A stretch of 64,000 bases of DNA from Octopus vulgaris. Its lineage: Eukaryota. Under the pieces are notes generated by a model. It had not been told where the DNA came from and made no database searches. It worked only from the letters and a program-made list of their open reading frames with translations. This document shows, one piece after another, positions 1 to 12,464 of the stretch; position 1 is the first letter of the stretch, and the number at the start of each line of letters is the position of its first letter. A program made the translations under genes and the position numbers. The stretch is from positions 47,430,001-47,494,000 of the forward strand of contig OX597831.1 of assembly GCA_951406725.2 (NCBI GenBank), in the 5' to 3' direction.

Positions 1-623
1 TCATGTTGGCATGGGTCAAACAGTTGACAAGATCTGATTGTTGCAAGGACTGCATCATATTCCAATGTCTGCTTCGGTATAGTTTCTATAGCTGGATGCC
101 CTTCCTAATGCCAACCACTTTACAGTATGTACTAGGTGCTCTTTTTTGATGCCACCAGCACCACTAGTGAGGTATCCATGAAGCTTGCAAGATCAGAAAC
201 CCTACGTGAGTTGGTGGTTTCCACCTTATGATAGGAGATGAGGAGGAGAGTGTAGATCAGAGAATTTACATGCTACTCACATTTAGAAGGGAGGGTTAGG
301 GTTGGGGAGAAAGATCAATAGGAACTGCAAAATTAATATTTGTCTTATTGTTCCATTTAGTTTTATGAGAGAACTTATCCGGATCAAGCAGGCTTATCAT
401 CAAAGGCATTCCAGCCATAACTTCTTAGGAGACCCAGGGCTATATTAGCCAGTGTATTCTTCTCTAAGACAGTGAGGTGTGATTTGAGGGAGATATGGTT
501 CTTATTTCTCACAGGTTGTACGACCATGTTGGACCTCTCTACTGTTTTTCTCCAGATCAGCTTTAACTGAACAGATCTATGCTCAGATGTTTCAAATATA
601 TGTTCATATATAATATAGTTCCA

Positions 624-935
624 TCATCATCATCATCATCATCATCGTTTAATGTCCACTTTCCATGCTGGCATGAGTTGGATGATTTGACTGAGGACTG
701 GTGAGCCAGTTGGCTGCACCAGGCTCCAATCTGATCTGGCAGAGTTTCTACAGCTGGATGCCCTTCCTAACGCCAACCACTCAAAGAGTGTAGTGGGTGC
801 TTTTACATGCCACCGGTACGAGGGCCAGTCAAGCGGTACTAGCAATGGCCACGCTCAAATGGTGTTTTTACGTGTCACCTGCACAGGAGCCAGTCCAGCA
901 GCACTGGCAATGCCCTTGCTTGAATGTTGTTTTCC
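624..935 (-). mobile_element. RTE-LINE 3' UTR / RTE-tailed SINE copy with (GAT)n tail
   Basis: Same sequence as the 3' UTR attached to the RTE ORF at 36677-37910; (CAT)n tail on + at about 624-646. Further copies at about 3952-4185 (-), 40620-40872 (+) and 53344-53669 (+). Confidence 0.75.
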
Positions 936-1536
936 AGATATACAATAGTGTATCTGAAACTTCATTATCCTAGTTATTCACTTTATGTTAAAGATGGCAT
1001 AGTGTTGTTTAGAGGAAGACTTGGTTGCTATTTCTGCAGAATGTGAAACTGCATAGAGACCTCCTTATGGGCTCATAGAATGGATGATTTTTGCATATTG
1101 CTGGAGTGTTTTTGATATCTGTATACTTTCTCGTCCACAAAATATGATCTATGTAGACTGAAATAAGCATAGCTATGTGACTTGACTTTGGAACACAATA
1201 CAAATAACTATAGTAAAGCTTGATTCCGTATGGCCAATAGTCCAACACTTCCATTTCAGTGGACCCTGGACCCCTGTTATCAAAAACCAGCTATTGCTAT
1301 CACAACAAATAAATTAACAAAGCAAGTAGTTGTTTTGGTTACAAATGAGCATCATTGTGATACACGTGGCATTGTTCATTTCCAGTCATCAGTGAAAAAC
1401 ATAGCTAGCTATAGGAAAATATTACCTTCCTTGGAAACAGGTGAGTGTTGGTGACAGAAAGGGCACCCAGCCTTGGAAAATCTCCTTTAGTAAATTCTAT
1501 CTGATCCATGCAAGAATGTGAAAAAGAGTAAGTTAA

Positions 1537-1966
1537 CCCTTTTGATACCAACTCATCTCAGACTGCTCATGATTCTACCTTTCTGTTTTAACCCTTTCGT
1601 TACTGTATTTATTTTGAGATGCTCTGTGTTTCTTTCAATTACTTTAAATATAACAAAGAATTTAATAAAATAACTTGGTTATCATTCAATTAGTGTTAGG
1701 AACATAAATTGTGACTAAGGTTTGGTGGAAGATTTCAATTTAACACTTATGAAAACAAGACATTTGTACTACAGAGCCAGAGCCGGTTTCAGCCGGGTTG
1801 GTAACGAAAGGGTTAAAGGGGTCTAAATTGAGAACTTTCATTAAAATTTCGAGTTAATTTGTGTTCCGAAAACCAGTTTAATAATAATCATGTTATTTTA
1901 CTAAATTCTTCAAAATTTAAAAATTAATTGAAACAAAGGGCTGTAATAAATATGGTAACGAAAGGG
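1537..1966. mobile_element. piggyBac-type MITE containing a second piggyBac-type MITE (1592-1812)
   Basis: Outer element: TTAA|CCCTTTTGATACC...GGTAACGAAAGGG|TTAA. Inner element: TTAA|CCCTTTCGTTAC...GTAACGAAAGGG|TTAA. TTAA TSDs and CCC/GGG termini are piggyBac hallmarks. Confidence 0.85.
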
Positions 1967-1990
1967 TTAAATAATGATGATGACTATATA

Positions 1991-3151
1991 TTGGGTTGGC
2001 AACTAAGTTCCCGCTGTTTTTTTTTAAATTTCAATTTTTTAAAAAGTTCAATGAAAAATAACAACTAATTAATCAATAAAGTATTCATCCTTGTTGTTTA
2101 TAACTTCTTCCCAACGTTCAACAAGATTTTCAATACCTCGTTGGTAGAAATCACTTAAATTTCGACTTAAAAAATTGATCCAACCAAGCTATCAATTCTG
2201 CATCAGTATTGAAAGAAACTCCATGCGTAGCATTTGAAAGAGGTGGAAATCCATTGGTGCCAAATCAGGAGAGTACGGCAGGTGTGGCAGCACTTCCCAG
2301 CCATGCATTTGAATGGCTTCCTTGGTCATATTGGCGATATGAGGGCAGGTGTTGTCATGTAGCAGAAGAACTCCATGCTGCTGATTAGGTCTTTTCTCAT
2401 ACGTACAACATCGTTTTATGCAGATGAAGATCTTGTTTCACGTGCGGTGTCGCTTGTTTACCAGGGCTAAGCCATTCCTTATGCTGCTTCATATTGATGT
2501 ACAGGCACCATTTTTCATCACCAGTAACGATTTGATAAAGAAATCGTTGCTTGTGTCCATGAGTTGAGTGGTGATGAGCAAGCAAACCAGCGGATATTGT
2601 GGCTTGTTAATTTTTGTTGTTGTCACTTAAAGCATGCGGAGCATATGCTCCATACTTCTGAACCTTTCCCATCAAGTGAAGATACTTCTTTATAGCAGTG
2701 TGGGAGCATTCCATTTTCTCTGCCAGTTACCTTGTCATTTGATGAGAATTTTTGTGCAAAAGTTGGTTTAATCGCTCTTCATCGAACTCAACTGGACAGC
2801 CAGAATGAGGTGCATCTTTGAGGTCAAAATTTCCATTTTTGAACTTGGCATACCAATCACAAGCGATTCTTTCAGCTATGGGACCCTCTCCATACACAGC
2901 ACAAATGTCACAAGCAGCTTTTGCAGCATTAGAACTTTGATTAAAAGCAAAAAGAAAGAGATGTTGAAAATGCTCGTTTTTCTTAACTTGACATTCCATT
3001 TTAATGATCTGAAAATAAACAAAAATTAACTAGAATTAACTAGAAAAAAAAAAAAGCTAAATAGATTCCAAAATGATTCAAAAATAGAATTCTCGTAAAA
3101 AATAGATTCCAAAATTTAAAAAAAACAGCGGGAACTTAGTTGCCAACCCAA
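1991..3151 (-). mobile_element. Mariner (DD34D) transposon, defective, mellifera-like TIR
   Basis: Perfect TIRs TTGGGTTGGCAACTAAGTTCCCGCTG at both ends, flanked by TA. Transposase pieces: MECQVKKNEHFQHLFLFAFN..., IVTGDEKW, LLHDN, PYSPDLAP.DFH. Frameshifts and an internal deletion are present. Confidence 0.93.
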
Positions 3152-4615
3152 TATATATAGTTCAGTTGTTGGGATTTCACTCAATAGATTTGTGGGTATT
3201 CCGTTTCAGATAATGCAAAAAGAACAAGTATTTATGAAGAATCAAGAAATAACACTTGAGGATAAAACCAGTACAATAGCAGGGTATAAAATTATTAATT
3301 TCTATTATTATATATATTGTATATTTCTATATTAATATATTATAATCATGATCCCACTGCACAATATGCTGATGTGGAAGACACGGTATATATTCTCCAT
3401 ATTAAAATGCATGTAATGCTAAAAGGTGTGTACCTGATCAATTTGGAAATTCGTTTTTTCCACATTATTCAAATAAATATGTGTATATATACACACACAC
3501 ACACACACACATGATATATCATCATTTAACATCCGTTGTCCATGCTGACATGGATTAGATGGCTTGATCAAGGTTGCACCAGGCTCCAGTCTGATTTTGG
3601 CATGGTTTCTACAGCTGGATGCCCTTCCTCACGCCAACCACTCTGAGAGTGTAATGGGTGCTTTTACATACCACTGGCATGGGTGCACTTTGTGTGACAC
3701 CAGTATCTGGGTCTTCTTTTCAAGCATGACATAATGCCAAGGTCTTGGTCATTCATCATTTCCTCTGTGACTGCCCAACACTCAGAAGGAGCTTTTCACA
3801 TGCCACTGGCATCAGCCACTTTGTCTTTGTGACGTCCAGTACTTGAAAAGTGCTTTTTATGTGCCAGTTATGTGACACCATTATGTATATACCTAATAAT
3901 ATATATGTATATATATATACATAATATGATATATATATATATATATATATCTCATCATTATCATCATCATCGTCTAACGTCCGCTTTCCATGCTGGCATG
4001 GGTTGGACGATTTGACTGAGGACTGGCGAACCAGATGGCTGCACCAGGCTCCAATCTGATCTGGCAGAGTTTCTACAACTGGATGCCCTCCCTAATGCCA
4101 ACCACTCCGAGAGTGTAGTGGGTGCTTTTACATGCCACTGGCATGCAGGCCAGTCAGGCGGTACTGGCAACGGCCACACTCAAATTAAGTACCAGTTATG
4201 CACTGGGCTCGATGTAATTGACTTTATCCTTTTGTCTGTCCTTGTTTGTCCCCTCTATGTTTAGCCCCTTGTGGGCAATAAAGAAATTTAAAAAATCTAC
4301 TTTTGCCTTTTGTATTTTATCACTAAGACTTTTTATTTCTTTAAAGATTTCAATCATTGTTTACCTTTTCACTTACCAACCCTTGTATTTCATGCAGGTG
4401 TAGCAAATCTTCTGCTTTAATCTTCCTCATCATATTTATAACTGCCACATGCCTTTCCTATTACCAACCCTTACTTGTTTCCAAGTAATGTGTCTCTGTG
4501 GCCAAACATGTTTCCATGGCAGATTGGAAGTTAATGATACTTCTTGTATCATGTGATGCTGAGACAAGGAGCCACACATGCACACACACACACAAAATTC
4601 CATGCAGCACGGAAT

Positions 4616-4666
4616 TTTGTCAGTGAACAGGTCGCAGTTTCAAAGCGATGAAAATATTTTGACAAA
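4616..4666 (+). ncRNA. Candidate minimal type-I hammerhead ribozyme, G3:C8 variant, in a Penelope-like short insert (about 4594-4807)
   Basis: TTTGTCA-GTGAACA-G-GTCGC-agtttcaaa-GCGAT-GAAA-ATAT-TT-TGACAAA: 7-bp stem I, 5-bp stem II, palindromic AATATT stem III. Confidence 0.55.
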
Positions 4667-5440
4667 TTAAATTTAAATGTTGAAGTGAATCTAACAGATT
4701 TTGTGTGTTTCTTAAATGGCTTATAAACACCTTCCACGGTGCAATTGTTTTTGTTCCAGCACACAATCTCAGATCAGGTCACTTGCTATGCATGTACATC
4801 TCCGTAATATATATATATATTTTGTGTGTGTGTGTTTAGCAAGAACACCTTTCCGTGCAGTAGGATAATTCCAAATTTGGTCTAATCCTTTACAGTTGAT
4901 CAGCAACTATTATATTCTTTGACTATACAGATTTTTAAGACTAGAGGTCAAAGAAAATTTCCTTTGCCCAAGTTTATAATGTATTACATAGAAGTATGCT
5001 ACAATTTTGTATTACAGTGCTTAGATACAGTTCTTTACGTTCTGAATTCAAATCCTGCCAAAGTCAACTTTGCTCATCCTTCCAGAGCTGAGAGAAAAAA
5101 TACTAGTCAAACGCTAGATGAAGTGGGGTTATCAATCTAATCAACTACACATCTCCATCAAATTTGAGGCTTCCACCTATATTAGAGATCATCATCTTCC
5201 CAACATCCACTTTTCCATGCTTGCATGGGTTCAGATGGAATTTGCTGAGGTAGATTTTCTATGGATGGATGCTGTCTCCTATCAACTCTCACATGTTTCC
5301 AAGCACAGTGATATATACCATTAGCTAGATACATGTTTTTCATGGAAGTTTGGAAACAAACACTCTCGTTTGTGTGAAGGTGATACTCATTTACAACCAT
5401 TGCATGGTGCGAAGACAAAGGTACACAGATAACATGTATG

Positions 5441-6318
5441 TCGTCTGATCAATAAGTATCCAGACTGTTACCATAGTAACAAAGCTAAAGCATGCAGAGT
5501 AAAGCTGCTTGGCACAGATTGACCTTGAACTCTGCTGTGCATGCACACTAAGTTTTAACATTCTAGCTCACTTCCACTGTTTGCAGCAGTGCTTGGAAGG
5601 AAGGTGTGTAGTGTGTGATCATCACATTAACCATGACAAAGCTGATCAGAGAATCTGCATCAAATTTTGCCAAAAACTTGGCAATACCTGCTCAGAGGCC
5701 TACACAAAATTTTCAAAATATTTTCATCGTTCTCGACACAATCAAGATCTTGAGCAACTGAAGCACAAGTGTCCTTTTGCTCAGCTGAAAGCAGTTTTGA
5801 CACAAACTTGGCAAACATGCATCTCATACCCAAATCTTCAGTGATAATGGACTGAACCGAACCATAACTAATCTGCACATCCTCTGGTAACTCACAGATG
5901 GTGATTCAACAATTTCCCCTCACAGCTGCATGCACATCTGCAATGTTTTTCTAAGTTCTACTGGTTGCGGGTCTTCCAGAATGTTCGTCAATATCGATAT
6001 TTTTCGGCCATCTTGGAAACGTTTGAACTACTTGTACACTTGTGTGTGGCTCGTACACTCCACTCCATACACTTTCTGCAGTTTTGTGTAGGCCTCTGAG
6101 CAGGTATTGCCATGATAACTTCCTCTGTCATGGTCAATGCGACGATCACATGCTACACACGTTCCTTCCAAGTACTGCTGTAAACAGTGAAAGTGAGCTA
6201 GAATGTTAAAACTTAGTGCACATGCATAGCAGAGTTCAAGGTCAATCTTTGCCAAGCGGCTTTACTCTGTGTGCTTTAACTTCGTTACTATGGCAATAGT
6301 TTGGATACTTACTGATAC
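5441..6318. mobile_element. Mariner (irritans-like) derivative made of two inverted 5' ends
   Basis: About 5441-5710 and about 6080-6318 are inverted copies of the element 5' end (DQRICIKFCQKLG). The minus strand carries the N-terminal HTH region to ...QISYGSVQSIITEDLGMRCMFAKFVSKLL. No catalytic domain is present. Confidence 0.85.
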
Positions 6319-6319
6319 T

Positions 6320-6358
<39 letters not shown>

Positions 6359-6372
6359 ATATATATACATAT

Positions 6373-7185
6373 ATCATCATCATCATCATCGTCGTTGTCA
6401 TGCTCGGATGTGCTTTTAACGTTCCACTGGCACGAGTGCCAATCAAGCAGTACTGTCATCGGCCATGTCAGCGATTTTGATTTTGATTTCACTTGCCTCA
6501 ACAGGTCTTTGCAAGCAAAGTTTATTGTCCAGTGAATGAGGGGTACTCATAAGTGAACTGGTTACACCCACTGGCATAAGCCATGGGTTATGGTCTCACC
6601 TTTTCAGGTCTTCTTAAGCACAGCATATTTCCAAAGGTCTTAGTCACTAGTCATTGCCTCGGTAAGGCCTAATGTTCAAAGGTCGTGCTTCACCACCTCA
6701 TCCTAGGTCTACCTCTACCACAAATTCCCTCAACTGCTAGGGTGTGACATTTTTTCACACAGCTGTCCTCATTCATTCACAACACGAGCATACCAGCGCA
6801 GTAGTCTCTCTTGCACACTACATCTGATGCTTCTTAGATCCAACTTTTCTCTCAGGGTGCTTACACTCTGTTGTGTATGCATATTGACATTACACATCCA
6901 GTGGAGCATACTGGCTTCATTCCTTGCAAGCTTACGCATGTTCTAAGCAGTCACAGCCCACGTTTCACTGCCATGTAGCATGGCTGTTTGCACACATGCA
7001 TCATAGAATAAAAAGCATCCAGCACACTCCAGAAAGTGGTTGGCATTTGAAAGAGCATCCAGCGATAGAAAACATGCCAAATCATACTGGAGTCTGGTGC
7101 AGTTCCCCTGCTTACTAGCTCTGGTCAAACCATCCAACCCATTCAGGCATGGACAACAGACATTAAATGATGATGATGATGATGA
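6373..7185. mobile_element. RTE LINE 3' fragment (minus) joined to an inverted RTE tail
   Basis: Minus strand encodes YDACVQTAMLHGSETWAVTA (RTE RT C-terminal motif). Near-identical to 37130-37680. (GAT)n tails point outward at both ends. Confidence 0.8.
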
Positions 7186-8178
7186 TATATATGATAGGCT
7201 TCTTTCAGTTTCTGTCTGCCACTTCCAGTCACAAACTTTGGTTGGCCCAAGACTATAGTAGAAGCTACTTGCCTTAGGTGCAGCACAGTGAGACAGAATC
7301 TGAAAGCACATGATTGGGAAGCAATTTTCTTAACCAAACACCTACACCTAGGATACTTTGTCTGTGGAAAAGATACTAGAATTCCTTGTATCAAAGGTGA
7401 ACTAGGGAAAAAAAACAAGCAAGTTGAGAAAAATTTAGATAACCAACAAAAACAAAATATGTTCATTAAAATAATTTATTTAAATTTACATAAATAATAT
7501 CACAAGAATAGAATTTTGTCCTAAAGCATATTACACCTCATTAATATCAAAGTCTTACCATCCAGTCCTTGTTCACAATTTTCACCATTGTAAAATCTAA
7601 GGCATTGGTGACTTTTATTCTTTATTCATACAAGATACAAATGACAATTATCTTGACAAATGATGGCTTGAGTGTATATGTGTTCATCTAATCTTGAAGA
7701 GATGAAATAATGTTTTAATTTATTTATTTTATTTATCATAGAATCTGACTCAACAGTGAATGGTAACACTTCTCACCTGCATAACTTTAATCTTACGCTA
7801 ATTACATTGAAATTTATTTATATTTCTTTTGATACAAAATTAGACTAAAGTGTCAACTTAAGATAATAATATCTCAGACAATTGAGAGGAAATATCAAGG
7901 ACTAGAGATATGTGATACATGTCTAGGGTTTTCAAAATTTAAACCAAATGTGAAAAAAAAAAAACAACGCAAAATCTTATTTAAAAAAATAAATACATAT
8001 AAGCAAAATCCTTGATACAGTACTCTCTCTTCTTTCATTATATGATTTCTTCTTCTGTAGTAAAGGCAAAGCTTATCTTCCTTTTAATGTTACTTCATTG
8101 AATAGGCTATCGAAATTCAAATAAGCATCAAAATAATTATACATATTTGAATATTGTCTTTTTTTAAACTCTGTAGAG

Positions 8179-8346
8179 CAGTGCTCTGCAGACTGATCTG
8201 CTATGAGATGATGCTAGGTGTGCTGCAGTGTAACCTGAATATAATTTTTTCCCTCATACTTTTAGTTATATTTTCAGTTCAGGTGTGCCATTGAATTTTG
8301 AAAAGAATATAAGTGTACCGCAAGTAAAAAAGTTTGTGGAGCACTG
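8179..8346. mobile_element. hAT-type MITE
   Basis: Termini CAGTGCTC...GAGCACTG with an exact 8-bp TSD CTGTAGAG (8171-8178 and 8347-8354). Confidence 0.85.
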
Positions 8347-9089
8347 CTGTAGAGCAATGGTGCTCTTTATTTTTTACTTTGCTATACATTGTAAAAAAAA
8401 AAAAAAAAAAAAGACAGATACTGGAGCATTTTTGTTTGGAAAATGAAAGCAATGAAAAATAACTATGATGTAAAGTTAAAAATTTAGGAAAACCAATACA
8501 AAAATCTAGTACTTGGCTTGTTTCATTAACCCTTTTTCATACTAACTTGTCTGAGACTCATTCCAAAATTAACTGAAACAAAACAAGTGTATTTCAACAG
8601 AAATTTGGCAGCAAAATGGTTATTCATATTTGGACATAACAAAATTAGGAATAATGAATTTTCTAAAGGCTTAAACTATATTTTTAAATATTTGTAGGTC
8701 ACTAAGATACCATATGCATTGCATCATTACATTAAGAATTACTGCTGTACGAAGAGTTACATCTATGATATCTGGGTGAATTTGATGAAATGTCTATGAA
8801 AACTGCTGAGTTTAAAACAACTTTTTTTTCAGTAGATAAAAGTTGAACTTCACCATTTTTTAAAATAAGAAGTCAATAAAGTAATGGGAGAAAGTGAAAA
8901 CTATCCCCTCTGTTACCATAACTCTGTCAACATATGCTGCTTTTGTTTCAATTAATTTTTAATTTAGTGAAGAATTTAGGAAAATAACTTGCTTATTTTT
9001 CAGCTGGGGTCTGGAACAAATTAGCATAAAATTTTGATGGAAGATCATAATTTAGACCACTTTAAAACAGTATAAGTTTATGTCATAAA

Positions 9090-9189
9090 NNNNNNNNNNN
9101 NNNNNNNNNNNNNNNNNNNNNNNNNNNNNNNNNNNNNNNNNNNNNNNNNNNNNNNNNNNNNNNNNNNNNNNNNNNNNNNNNNNNNNNNN
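9090..9189. other. Assembly gap (100 N)
   Basis: Run of 100 N, the usual placeholder for a gap of unknown size. Confidence 0.99.
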
Positions 9190-10210
9190 GTACGCAACTG
9201 GTACTTAATTCATCGACCCTGAAAAGATGAAAGGCAAAGTCGACCTCGGTGGAATTTGAACTCAGAACGTAAAGGCAGACGAAATACCACTAGGCATTTC
9301 ACCCGGCGTGCTAACATTTCTGCCAGCTTGCCGCCTTTCAAAATTTTTTCAAAATTAATTGGAACAAAGGCGATGTACTTTAAAAGAAATAAAGTAACAG
9401 AAGGTTTAAGATAATAGACAAAATTCCACTGCTACTTCTAGCAAATATAATGACCATATACAAGCCCCTTTCTGTTACTGAAATTAATGCAAAATGTTGT
9501 TATAAATCTTCTAAACTTGGTGACATTGATGATCTCTTCCTTCAATTATAACCCACCTTTTTTTTTTTTTAACTAAATATAATCACTTCAATAGAGGCCA
9601 CCAACCAAGCAGAGCCAAGCAAAGTGAAGTGGCTCCTCTGTCAAAGTGGACAGCTATTTGACACATCCTGTCATCACTGCTCCATTGTGTCTCTCTCACT
9701 CAACCCCCAATGACCCAGTCTACTTAGCTGTCAGAAATAAAACTTGAGACATCATGATCATGATCATTTAATATCTGCCTTCCTTCTCCACACCACTGAT
9801 GTTATGGAAAGGCAAATGCCAATACAGCTTGGCAGTGATGTCTTATTTCTACAGCTGAGTTAACTGGAGCAATGTGAAATAAAGTGTCTTGCTCAAGAAC
9901 ACAACACACAGCCTAGTCCTGGAATCGAACTCACAACCTCACGATCATAAGCCCAATGCTCTAACCACTGACCCATGCACCTTCACTACTGAATAATAAT
10001 TCTTTCTACTAAAGGCACAAGGCCAGAAATTTGTGGGAAGGGGACGAGTTGATTATATCAACACCAATGTTTCACTGGTACTTATTTTATTGACCCAGGA
10101 AGGGAGAAAGGCAGAATTTGAATTCAGAATGTAGGATTGAGGTGAGTGGCCAGATCTGGTCAGTTCCAATATAAAACAGATTAAATATTTTGGCTGGATA
10201 TGACCTGCTT

Positions 10211-10650
10211 GAGAGAATAAAGTAACTTTTGGAGTTAGCGGTCAATCATGGAGAAGCAAAAAATTATAAGCGGTAATGATAAATTTTATCAAGTTCAAGG
10301 GGGAAATAACTCTAATATCCAAAATTGAGTGGGGTCATGCAATAAAACAGTTCTCAAATTAATAAATCTGTTCAGTGAGGGCTAACCCGAGGAGCTACAA
10401 CAACCTTTGTGTTTAGATCTAGGTTAGTCCAGACTGAAAAAACTTATGATCAAAAGTATTCATGCTATGGCCACCCCATTTTTTTGCTCAACACATTTTT
10501 TTTTTTAGATTCAATAAGAATTTCTTTTCTACAACAATTTATGTACAAGAAAGTTGTTATTTGTTACCACATAAATTCATTTAGAATTGTGGCATGCCGA
10601 TTAAGTATTTCACAAAGTTTAAAACGTGTATAAGTGAAATTCAAAAGTTA
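10211..10650 (+). repeat. Local direct duplication, copy 1 (copy 2 at about 12485-12978)
   Basis: Near-identical from GAGAGAATAAAGTAACTTTTGGAGTTAGCGGTCAA onward; copy 1 lacks an internal segment of about 40 bp. Confidence 0.9.
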
Positions 10651-11998
10651 AAGACTTCACCACATGGTGTTATTGACTAACAACAACAACAATAATTTCA
10701 AATTTTTCCACTAGGGCAGCCATTTTGGGGGAGGTGAGGATGAGTAGATTACAACAACCTCAGTGTTCAAGTGGTACTTATTTTATTGACCTTGAAAGGA
10801 TGAAAGGCGAAGTTGACCTCGATGGAATTTGAACTCAGATTGGAGCAAAATACTACTAAGCATTTCAGCCAGCATGCTAACAATTCTGCCAGCTCAGCAA
10901 CAATAGCAGTCAGTTTACATAACTGTATTCCTTTGTTTATTCTATGTTGCAGATGAATAGAAAACAAAAAGTTGGCACACACATAACAGACAGTACTGAA
11001 AAGAGAACATACAATGGGGTAAAACTTGTGACTAGAAGTTACAAAACAAAAACAAAAAAAGATGTTAATGCAATGGAATTTCAACAAGTAGGCAACAGAG
11101 GAACATCTGAGAGGTTTAATAGTTCACTTAGTAACCACTTGGTTCTGGGTTCAATCTCACTGTGTTGCATCTGAACAAATTTATTCTCCAATATTGTCAG
11201 GTTGATCAGTGCCTTGTGATTTGAAACTGATGGATGGAAAATGTCTACAAGTCTATTATTACACATACATGCATGCATGCATACACATACACACACACAC
11301 ATACATACATACATACATACAGAGATATGTACTTGCTTCATTCGTTACACTGTTGCCATGCTGGAGCACCACCTCAAAGGATTTAGTTGAATAAATTGAA
11401 CTCAGTAGTACTTATTTTTAAGTTCTATACTTATTATGTCATTTTTTTCTTGCTGAGCTGCTAAGTTACAGGGATGTAAACAAACCAGGACTGACTGTCA
11501 AGCAGTGTGTGTTTACATGTGGGATGGGGTGACACACACGGAGAGGATGGGCTTCTGACCTGGCTATAGTAGAAAACACTTGCCCAAGGTGTCATACATT
11601 GGAACTGAACCCAAAACCATGTGGTTGCGAAGCAAGCTTTTTAACCCCACAGCCAGACAGACAAATAGATAGAGAGACAAACAGACAGATAAATAGAGAG
11701 ATAGAGAGACAAACAGCCAGACAAATAAAAAGACAGAAAGACAAACAGACAGACAGGGAGGTAGGTGGATAGGTAGAGATTAATGTATGTGCACCCAAAG
11801 CAGTGCATTATATCCCTTTACATCAAAAGATAGCTCTGTCATTTGACAAACATATTAATAAAATAAGTGCCAGACTAAAATAAAAACAGATACAACTGGC
11901 TAAAACCCAACATAGTCAGAGTCCAATGACAGCAATCAATGAAACAATATACTTAATGAAAGTCTTGGAAAAAAAAAACAAAAAAAAAACTGACTTAC

Positions 11999-12150
11999 CA
12001 TAGATTTCTTTTCATTTTTATAATAGGGGTTCCATCCGATACTAAGGACCATTTTGTAAACTGGTCCTTTATCAACATTTGCCCAACCATAGTAGACACC
12101 ATTGTCCATGCTACATGGTAATTTACTAACTACTTCTTCATCATGGTTTG
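11999..12150 (-). CDS. RFK: Riboflavin kinase, coding exon 2
   Basis: Boundaries ttgttacAG|CA...ATG|GTAAGT; 152 nt. Encodes (A)NHDEEVVSKLPCSMDNGVYYGWANVDKGPVYKMVLSIGWNPYYKNEKKSM, matching the RFK motifs GxYYGWA and KMVxSIGWNPYYKN. Phase matches exon 1. Confidence 0.96.
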
Positions 12151-12320
12151 CTGTAACAATAAATATTAAATCAGTAATTATTTTGTCTAGTGTTAATTGA
12201 CTTAACTTTCTGTCACTACAATACGTTTTATCATAAAGCCTGCTGCTACTTATACTTTTTCTCTCTGTTAGTTAAAGTTCAATTTGTCTATAAATTCATT
12301 TTCATATGTAATCAAATAGG

Positions 12321-12359
<39 letters not shown>

Positions 12360-12425
12360 GAAATTTACAGAAAAACAAAAGATGAAGACAGGTGTATTAG
12401 TTTGAAGCTCGGGAAGGTGAGAAAG

Positions 12426-12464
12426 TCTTTTACGTTTTGAGCCTACACTCTTCAACAGAAAAGA
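12426..12464 (-). pseudogene. Decayed hammerhead-like motif in a Penelope-like insert beside (TA)n
   Basis: TCTTTT-CTGTTGA-A-GAG-tgtagg-CTC-AAAAC-GT-AAAAGA: hammerhead layout with core changes at A6 and G12. Confidence 0.4.

Noticed and set aside
7557-7600. Possible RFK exon 3 (minus strand, AG...ATG|GTAAG)
   Set aside because: Too short, and no frame resembles the RFK ETH/DFYG/RPE segment.
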